Below are positions 58,186 to 64,000 of a stretch of DNA of 64,000 nucleotides, in pieces. The notes under the pieces were generated by a model. It made no database searches. It had not been told where the DNA came from and saw only the letters and a list, made by a program, of their open reading frames with translations. Made by a program: the position numbers and the translations under genes. Within the stretch, counting starts at the first letter, position 1; every line of letters begins with the position of its first letter. The stretch comes from Candidatus Aminicenantes bacterium (GTDB lineage: Bacteria; Acidobacteriota; Aminicenantia; UBA2199): contig DSBM01000141.1 in the NCBI GenBank assembly GCA_011049425.1, positions 62,969 through 126,968 on the forward strand, given 5' to 3'.

Positions 58186-58644
58186 ATGGCGTTCAACACG
58201 GACAGAAAAGACGACAAGGACAGTTTCAACCCGTTTTCATCCCGTTCACAAAATTCCGAATCCATGATCGGCGAATCTCTAACGGTTGAAGGTGAAATCC
58301 ACTCGGAAGAAGCGCTTGTGATCAGAGGCAAAGTCAAGGGCAACATTCACAGCAAACAGCCGTTGGTTGTGGAAGAGTCCGGTCAAGTCACGGGTGACCT
58401 CAACGGCAAGGTTATCACCATCCGCGGAACCGTTAAAGGCAAAGTGATATCTGCGCAAAAACTGCTTATCAGCGCATCCGGCTCATTTTGTGGAGACATC
58501 TCGGTTGAGAAACTGATCATCGAAGAGGGCGCCCGATTTAAAGGTCACGTCACCATGGACACACCCGCCCCGGCACAATCTCATAAACCCCCTTCCGAAA
58601 AAACTCCCGACAAGGGCACGGACAGCTCAAAGCCCGGCCATTGA
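58186..58644 (+). CDS. Bactofilin-family cytoskeletal protein
   Basis: DUF583 beta-helical repeats (VEGEIHSEEALVIRGKVKGNIHS...VTGDLNGKVITIRGTVKGKVIS...) and a Pro-rich C-terminal tail. Confidence 0.8.
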   Translation: MAFNTDRKDDKDSFNPFSSRSQNSESMIGESLTVEGEIHSEEALVIRGKVKGNIHSKQPLVVEESGQVTGDLNGKVITIRGTVKGKVISAQKLLISASGSFCGDISVEKLIIEEGARFKGHVTMDTPAPAQSHKPPSEKTPDKGTDSSKPGH

Positions 58645-58656
58645 CCGCAATCACTT

Positions 58657-60549
58657 TCAGCGCTTCCGGATAACGCGCACATCTCGCTGATTCAGGATAC
58701 CCGTCATTCTCAATGCGGCAACGCTACCGCTGACCACCATCAGACCCGATATTTTGCCGTATTTGGCAATCCTTGACTCCAGGCGGGTGTCCATAACAAC
58801 CATGCGCTCACCGATCTGTTTTCGGGCCAAGCGCATGCGCGCGGCAACCTTTCTTTGGGATGATTCGCGAAAAACCAGGTCAAACAGGTCCGCATGCGGC
58901 GGCAGGTGGAACCAGCGCCTGTATTTTGATTCCCGCCTCTGGAACGCTTCCTCTGACTGCAGCAACCTCAAGCCGTAATGAAAATGAAAAGTGGAAAAAA
59001 CATCCACGTGACCCCCATTTACGACCCATTCGCGCAAGCGCCCCACTACGACCTGGATCTGCTCGGCGGCATCGTACTCCGTAAAGTGGAAATCCGACTC
59101 GGGACGGAAATAGATAGCGGCCGTGAACGCTTGGCGGAATTCCGGTCGCAATACAGCCCAGGTCCCCATCACCACACGGCACCCATCTTGAGATGCCGCC
59201 GCCTCCATTGCCCGGGAATCGGACTCGGCCGTGATAACCGGGGGTTTTTGGCCCAGGATGCGTTTTTGTACCTGGTCCCGCAAGGATATCAGGTTACCCC
59301 GGGGAACCCGTACCAGTTCTTTTTTGCACCGATAACAGGTGGTTTCCGCTTTCCAGACTCCCCCGCAATTCGGGCAGGTCTTTGCCGTTTCCGGCCCCTT
59401 TCCCGGCAAAATGACTTCCCGGCAATGGGGACACCTGGCGATCATGCGGCAATGGGGACAGAAAAGATAATCTTCTCCCTGCAAGCGGTTCACCATAACC
59501 AGAACCCGGCGCCCTGCATCCAGATGTTCTGAAATTCGTTGCAGCAGGTTTAGTGGAATCCCCGGTGATCCCGGCGGCAAGGGGATTACTTTCGTTTCCA
59601 CCTTTTTTTTACAGCGGCTGTCTTCTACAACCACAAATGAGCGGCGACGGAACACCGCCAGTGGATGGGAATGATCACCCTGAACAAAAGGGATCCGCTC
59701 TATGGCGGCACGCAATCGCGCCAATTCGGGGACGGGCTCTGTTTCCCGCCCGCCAGGCCGGCTCAACCAGGCCGTAGGCTGCTCAACCACGACAATACCC
59801 AAGCGGGGAAATGGCAGCATCAACGCGGCTTGACCACCAACAACGGCAAGTGGCTCTCCGCCGACCGCCCGCGTCCAGGCATGCTCTCTGTCGGCTGCGG
59901 ACAATAGAGAATGGTACGCGACCATGCCCGGTGATTGGGCTATCATTTCTTTGGCAGTGCGGATATCCGAGGTAAGAAACAATGCACTGAAGCCCTTTTC
60001 CAGACATGCGTCCATCATCTCCTGATAATGGGGACTTCGCTGATAATCAAGTATCAAGCGCTCAGAAAATCCCGCTCCGGTTTGTTTCTGTGGGAAAACA
60101 GAACCGGGATCACCCAGGTTGCGGGAAAAAACGCCGAACTCAACCGGCAAAAGCCGCTTGGTCTTTTTCACTCCCTGCAAGTTCAGTGCCGGCAGTGCAG
60201 GTCCGGGTTCGCCATCCACCATCATGCGCAGCTGACGACGGTTACGTCGACGGGGAGATAACGCCGAGTCCAGCAGGATTCCCGGAGGCAGGAGAAAACG
60301 TCGCGCCGCATGCAGAACAAACTCCAGGTAAAGCGGCGGTAAACGAAAGGAATCCCGGACCCATCCAACCACCGGACGGATACGCCCGGTGTAATCCGAA
60401 GAAAATGAAACAACCCATCCCGTTTCCAAGCGATTGCCGATGGGAACGATCACCCGGCTCCCCAATCCGACCTGATCCAACCCGGACTCAGGAATAGAAT
60501 AGGTCAACGGTTCGATCAGGTTCAGGGACAAGGCGATGTGAACTTGCAC
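58657..60549 (-). CDS. priA: Primosomal protein N' (PriA)-like, with degenerate Walker A/B helicase motifs but an intact Cys-rich zinc module
   Basis: 3'-end-binding-like N-terminus. CxxC x4 zinc-binding region (CPHC...CPHC...CPNC...CYRC) and a PriA C-terminal domain. At the positions of E. coli GVTGSGKTEVY and VIDEEHD it has DYQRSPHYQEMM and VVVEQPTAW. Sits in the Bacillus-like gmk-coaBC-priA neighbourhood. Confidence 0.7.
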   Translation of the reverse strand: MQVHIALSLNLIEPLTYSIPESGLDQVGLGSRVIVPIGNRLETGWVVSFSSDYTGRIRPVVGWVRDSFRLPPLYLEFVLHAARRFLLPPGILLDSALSPRRRNRRQLRMMVDGEPGPALPALNLQGVKKTKRLLPVEFGVFSRNLGDPGSVFPQKQTGAGFSERLILDYQRSPHYQEMMDACLEKGFSALFLTSDIRTAKEMIAQSPGMVAYHSLLSAADREHAWTRAVGGEPLAVVGGQAALMLPFPRLGIVVVEQPTAWLSRPGGRETEPVPELARLRAAIERIPFVQGDHSHPLAVFRRRSFVVVEDSRCKKKVETKVIPLPPGSPGIPLNLLQRISEHLDAGRRVLVMVNRLQGEDYLFCPHCRMIARCPHCREVILPGKGPETAKTCPNCGGVWKAETTCYRCKKELVRVPRGNLISLRDQVQKRILGQKPPVITAESDSRAMEAAASQDGCRVVMGTWAVLRPEFRQAFTAAIYFRPESDFHFTEYDAAEQIQVVVGRLREWVVNGGHVDVFSTFHFHYGLRLLQSEEAFQRRESKYRRWFHLPPHADLFDLVFRESSQRKVAARMRLARKQIGERMVVMDTRLESRIAKYGKISGLMVVSGSVAALRMTGILNQRDVRVIRKR

Positions 60550-60552
60550 GGA

Positions 60553-61227
60553 TCAGGGCTTGAGAAGCTTTAACACTTCCTGCATATCAGCCCATACTTC
60601 CCACTTTGCCTTGGAGATGGACTCTTTTCCGCGTTGATGCAGAATGTAGGAGGGATGAAAGGTGGGAACAACGGGAATACCCTTGAACGAAAAGATTCGA
60701 CCCCGCATCCGTGAAATGGCCGCATGGTTCCCCAGCAAACGGTTGGCCGCCACCTTTCCCAAACATACAATCACGCGGGGAGACAACAAGTCAATCTGTT
60801 GATAAAGGTAGGGCAAACAAGCTTCCACTTCACTGTCGTTGGGATCCCGGTTCCCGGGCGGCCGGCATTTCACGATATTTCCGATGAACACGGATTCGCG
60901 GGAATGCCCCATGCGTTGAATCAGCCGGTCTAGCAGTTGGCCGGCTTTGCCCACAAAGGGCCGTCCTTCGCGATCTTCCTGTTCGCCGGGGCCCTCACCG
61001 ACAAACAGGATCAAAGGCTTTGGCGCCCCCTCACCGGGAACACTTTGGCGCCGCGTCTGGTGCAGGGAACAACGGGTACAGGAATGGATCCGTTGATGCA
61101 GAGACTCCAAAGAAACCGATTCTTTGCCCACAAGGGCGATGGCGGGCAAATTCAGGCTGTCCACCCCGAGTTCGCGAAAAAAGTGCAACCATTCCGCCAA
61201 TCCCGTTCTATTCATTTGCCGCCTCAC
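60553..61227 (-). CDS. udg: Uracil-DNA glycosylase, family 4 (Fe-S type)
   Basis: Family-4 motifs (GEGPGEQED; FVGKAGQLL) and N-terminal Cys residues (CTRCSLHQTRRQ). Confidence 0.85.
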   Translation of the reverse strand: MRRQMNRTGLAEWLHFFRELGVDSLNLPAIALVGKESVSLESLHQRIHSCTRCSLHQTRRQSVPGEGAPKPLILFVGEGPGEQEDREGRPFVGKAGQLLDRLIQRMGHSRESVFIGNIVKCRPPGNRDPNDSEVEACLPYLYQQIDLLSPRVIVCLGKVAANRLLGNHAAISRMRGRIFSFKGIPVVPTFHPSYILHQRGKESISKAKWEVWADMQEVLKLLKP

Positions 61228-61877
61228 TGTTTTTCCCGTAGTATTGACAAATGGACGACCTGAGCGGCAATCACCCGGGCCAATTCCGCTTTGGATCGGC
61301 TCGGTAAGGGGATGACTTGATCCGGGGTCATTAAAGTGACCCGGTTTGGAACCGCTCCAAAGGCGGGGTTTTGCTCAGAAATCTCATTGATTACTAATAT
61401 ATCAAGGTTCTTGGCAAAGAGTTTGCGCTTGCCGTTTTCCAGGGCATTCTCCGTCTCAGCGGCGAATCCCACCAGGACCTGTCGCGGCGTGCGGCGATTT
61501 CCCGCCTCTTTCAGAATGTCCGGATTGCGCTCCAGTTCCAGCAACAGTGGAGATCCGGCTTTCTTGATCTTGTGCGGGCTGCTGCGGGCTGGACGGAAAT
61601 CAGCAACGGCCGCAACCATTATGATGGCATCAACGCTGGAAAAGCAGGCAAAGACGGCTTCATGCATTTCCTGGGCGGTTTCCACTTTAATTAACTTTAC
61701 CCCGGACGGGTAGCGACAAACCGGCCCGGATATGAAAACAACTTCGCTTGCATATTTTTCAGCAAAAACTTTGGCGAGGTACAGTCCGGTTAAACCGGAT
61801 GAACGATTGCCCAGGAAACGGATGGGATCCAACGGCTCCCGGGTTGGGCCTGAGGTGATGAGCACACGTTTACACAC
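61224..61877 (-). CDS. coaB: Phosphopantothenate--cysteine ligase (CoaB) as a separate ORF
   Basis: ITSGPTREPLDPIRFLGNRSSG motif. A GTG start overlaps the coaC stop. Confidence 0.8.
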   Translation of the reverse strand: MCKRVLITSGPTREPLDPIRFLGNRSSGLTGLYLAKVFAEKYASEVVFISGPVCRYPSGVKLIKVETAQEMHEAVFACFSSVDAIIMVAAVADFRPARSSPHKIKKAGSPLLLELERNPDILKEAGNRRTPRQVLVGFAAETENALENGKRKLFAKNLDILVINEISEQNPAFGAVPNRVTLMTPDQVIPLPSRSKAELARVIAAQVVHLSILREKQ

Positions 61878-62403
61878 GCATCACTCCCAGACAGTGTTCC
61901 ACAATGTGTTGCGGTTCGGGCAGGCGACCGGCGCCTTTGCCGCCACAGGCCAATTCTCCCGAATCGGGAGGGATCACTTCCACACCCCGTTCTTTCAGTA
62001 TGGTTAGGTTGTGTTTTACCGCCGGGTGAGCGTACATGCCCTCGTTCATGGCGGGAGCAATCACAACCCGCCCGGGAAAAGCCAGGTAAGTGGCGCTCAG
62101 CAAATCATTCGCCATGCCGGCGGCCATGCGCGCGATGGTGGCCGCACTGGCTGGGGCAATCAGCAAAAGGTCGTGTTTTCGTCCCAGGTTGATATGCTCT
62201 AGCGGGTCATCGGCATCCTCAAACCATTGCGTGTGCACGCGTCCAGGCACAAAGGTATCAAACGTCAACGGCTTGACAAAGCGACAGGCATTCCGGGTCA
62301 ATACAACGCTGACATCATGGCCCAGCCGTTGGAAAGCGCGCAAAATGTCAACGGCCTTGTACGCGGAAATGGAACCGGTCACTGCAAGTAAAACGTTCAT
62401 CAC
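61870..62403 (-). CDS. coaC: Phosphopantothenoylcysteine decarboxylase (CoaC flavoprotein) as a separate ORF
   Basis: Flavoprotein motifs (LLAVTGSISAYKA; PAMNEGMY). Confidence 0.8.
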   Translation of the reverse strand: MMNVLLAVTGSISAYKAVDILRAFQRLGHDVSVVLTRNACRFVKPLTFDTFVPGRVHTQWFEDADDPLEHINLGRKHDLLLIAPASAATIARMAAGMANDLLSATYLAFPGRVVIAPAMNEGMYAHPAVKHNLTILKERGVEVIPPDSGELACGGKGAGRLPEPQHIVEHCLGVMRV

Positions 62404-63035
62404 TGCCCTCCAAGAATGCGTTTTACCCGTGATAGTTGTCTTTGCGCTCGTAACTCCATGGCGTTTACAATATGCACCAGCGCATCCAGCGCGTTGTCCA
62501 GGACATCGTTGATTACAATGAAATCGAAACAGTGGTGCAATGACATCTCATGCCGGGCGGTTTCCAATCGCTGTTCCATTGTGTGGGTCCATTGTGACTC
62601 CCTGTGCATCAGGCGCCGTCGCAATTCCTGCATGGAGGGCGGCATGATAAACACGGATATGCTGGCGGGCATCATTTTGCGAACCGCTTCCGCGCCCTGT
62701 ATATCCACATCCAGAATCATGGTGCGGTCACTTTTTTCAACCGCTCTCAACTCAGACCAACTGGTGCCGTAACGTTCACCATGCACGGCAGCCCATTCCA
62801 CAAACGCTTTGGCTTTAATCATGGCCGTAAACTCTGCATAATTTACGAAATGATAGTCTACACCGGGAGTTTCCCCGGGTCTGCGCTTGCGCGTGGTATG
62901 GGAGACGGAGAAATACAACCCAGGGACGGCCATCATCAGGCGACGGATCAAAGTTGTTTTCCCGGATCCGGAAGGCCCGGAAACAACCAGCAGGTGTTGG
63001 CCGTCTGATTGGGATTTTGCGTCAAGAGCCATCAA
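62400..63035 (-). CDS. gmk: Guanylate kinase
   Basis: P-loop (VVSGPSGSGKTTL) and the GK core. Confidence 0.9.
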   Translation of the reverse strand: MMALDAKSQSDGQHLLVVSGPSGSGKTTLIRRLMMAVPGLYFSVSHTTRKRRPGETPGVDYHFVNYAEFTAMIKAKAFVEWAAVHGERYGTSWSELRAVEKSDRTMILDVDIQGAEAVRKMMPASISVFIMPPSMQELRRRLMHRESQWTHTMEQRLETARHEMSLHHCFDFIVINDVLDNALDALVHIVNAMELRAQRQLSRVKRILGGQ

Positions 63036-63330
63036 TGTCTTCCCCTGCTTCAGGTCGTAAAGGCCTGGTTGTCGGCTCTTCTCCCCCGCCCTCCTGCATG
63101 CGGGCGACCAGTGAAGCCACCGAAATCGCCGATAAAAAGACCGGGCCGGAACGGCTGATCACCAATGCCCGCATCTTTTTCCCCATGGTGGCGTCAATCA
63201 ACCTGCCTTCATCTCGTTTTTCACGGACAAAACGCTTTATCGGTGAGGATCCGGGTTGAATGATGGCCAAAACCTGACTACGGGTCACACTGTTTCCAAA
63301 ACCAATGTGCAGCAGAATCCTATTCGACAT
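63022..63330 (-). CDS. remA: DUF370 / RemA-like protein (YlzA family)
   Basis: HIGFGN...IIQPGSSPIKR...RLIDATMGKKMRALVI matches B. subtilis RemA. Conserved position upstream of gmk. Confidence 0.75.
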   Translation of the reverse strand: MSNRILLHIGFGNSVTRSQVLAIIQPGSSPIKRFVREKRDEGRLIDATMGKKMRALVISRSGPVFLSAISVASLVARMQEGGGEEPTTRPLRPEAGEDIDGS

Positions 63331-64000
63331 TCTGTACCTGCTGACGGATTTTTTCGATCTCCCGGCGCACCATCAGGATCATGTGATGAATGTCCAGCGA
63401 AGCGGTTTTGGATGCAATGGTGTGGGTTTCTCGCAGCATTTCCTGTGAAAGAAAATCCGCTTCGCGCCCCTTTACCCATGGTTCCGGATTCTTTACCAGG
63501 GCCTGCAGTCTTTGGGTATGGGTTTCCAGGCGCTGGATCTCTTCACGGATGCAGCTCTTTTCCGCCGAAAGGGCGGCTTCCTGGGCAATGCGCCTCTCAT
63601 CCAACTCGTACTCCTTAACAAATCTGCGGATCTTTTCCTGAAGGTTGCTGAACACCAGGTTTTCAGCCTGGTCCGCTTCCGCTTCAATTTCTTCCAGGTA
63701 TTGCCGCACTCGCTGCAAAGAGTCGAGAATACTTGCCTGGATGAATTCGCCTTCTTCCGCGCGACTAACCACGAAATCATCGCAAACCTGACTGATGGAA
63801 GTGCGGATCAGGTCCAGGCTGGCGGGAGAGATTTTCTCAAACTCGTAATCCAGGTGGAAAATCATGGGGATTTTCATTAACGAATCCAGGGAAAGGTTGA
63901 TGGGGAATTTGTGCCTGCGATTAAAGGGGGCCATCTTCTCCAGGATCTCATCCAACAGGAATTCATTAAACTGAATATTCCACTTTAAGGGATCGCGTTC
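63320..64000 (-). CDS. yicC: YicC-family protein (UPF0701; N-terminus lies beyond window end)
   Basis: C-terminal DUF1732 region (FLSQEMLRETHTIASKTASLDIHHMILMVRREIEKIRQQVQNVE). The ORF stays open to position 64000. Confidence 0.7.
   Translation of the reverse strand, partial: ERDPLKWNIQFNEFLLDEILEKMAPFNRRHKFPINLSLDSLMKIPMIFHLDYEFEKISPASLDLIRTSISQVCDDFVVSRAEEGEFIQASILDSLQRVRQYLEEIEAEADQAENLVFSNLQEKIRRFVKEYELDERRIAQEAALSAEKSCIREEIQRLETHTQRLQALVKNPEPWVKGREADFLSQEMLRETHTIASKTASLDIHHMILMVRREIEKIRQQVQNVE

Overview
64-kb chromosomal core segment, about 55% GC, densely coded on both strands with roughly 75 genes and short or overlapping gene junctions. No IS elements, phage genes or CRISPR arrays are visible. 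The content is mostly housekeeping. Translation and tRNA genes: der, thrS, infC, rpmI, rplT, pheS, pheT, rpmE, prfA, prmC, a standalone EF-G, tRNA-Val(GAC), tRNA-Ser(GGA), and an SRP RNA that the ORF track does not show. Replication and segregation: parAB, dnaX-ybaB-recR, a PriA-like gene. Isoprenoid and lipid genes: ispF, ispD, dxr, uppS, cdsA, lgt, a PlsC-like acyltransferase. Cell division and cytoskeleton: zapA/zapB-like, a ftsB-like gene, mglBA, bactofilin. RNA turnover: rny-ymdB. Envelope: a TetR-controlled TolC/MFP/RND efflux operon, a Mla/MCE lipid-transport operon, rseP, sppA. Gene order resembles Firmicutes (scr-dnaX-ybaB-recR; yicC-remA-gmk-coaBC-priA; rny-ymdB), but the proteins are diderm-type (TolC, MlaEFD, RseP, Lgt). 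I suggest an anaerobic or deep-branching diderm lineage; that is inference only. Observations worth checking: a PriA with missing ATPase motifs; coaC/coaB split at a GTGTGTAA overlap; an mglB-mglA-leuC-leuD translationally coupled block; a cNMP-binding/FHA fusion protein; a B12-radical-SAM gene coupled to prmC next to a secreted HEXXH peptidase; a DUF134-NifX fusion with a consensus sigma70 promoter; a GNAT + DUF2156 pair; a 24-bp-arm inverted repeat in a convergent intergenic region; and a 725-bp non-coding gap after parB.
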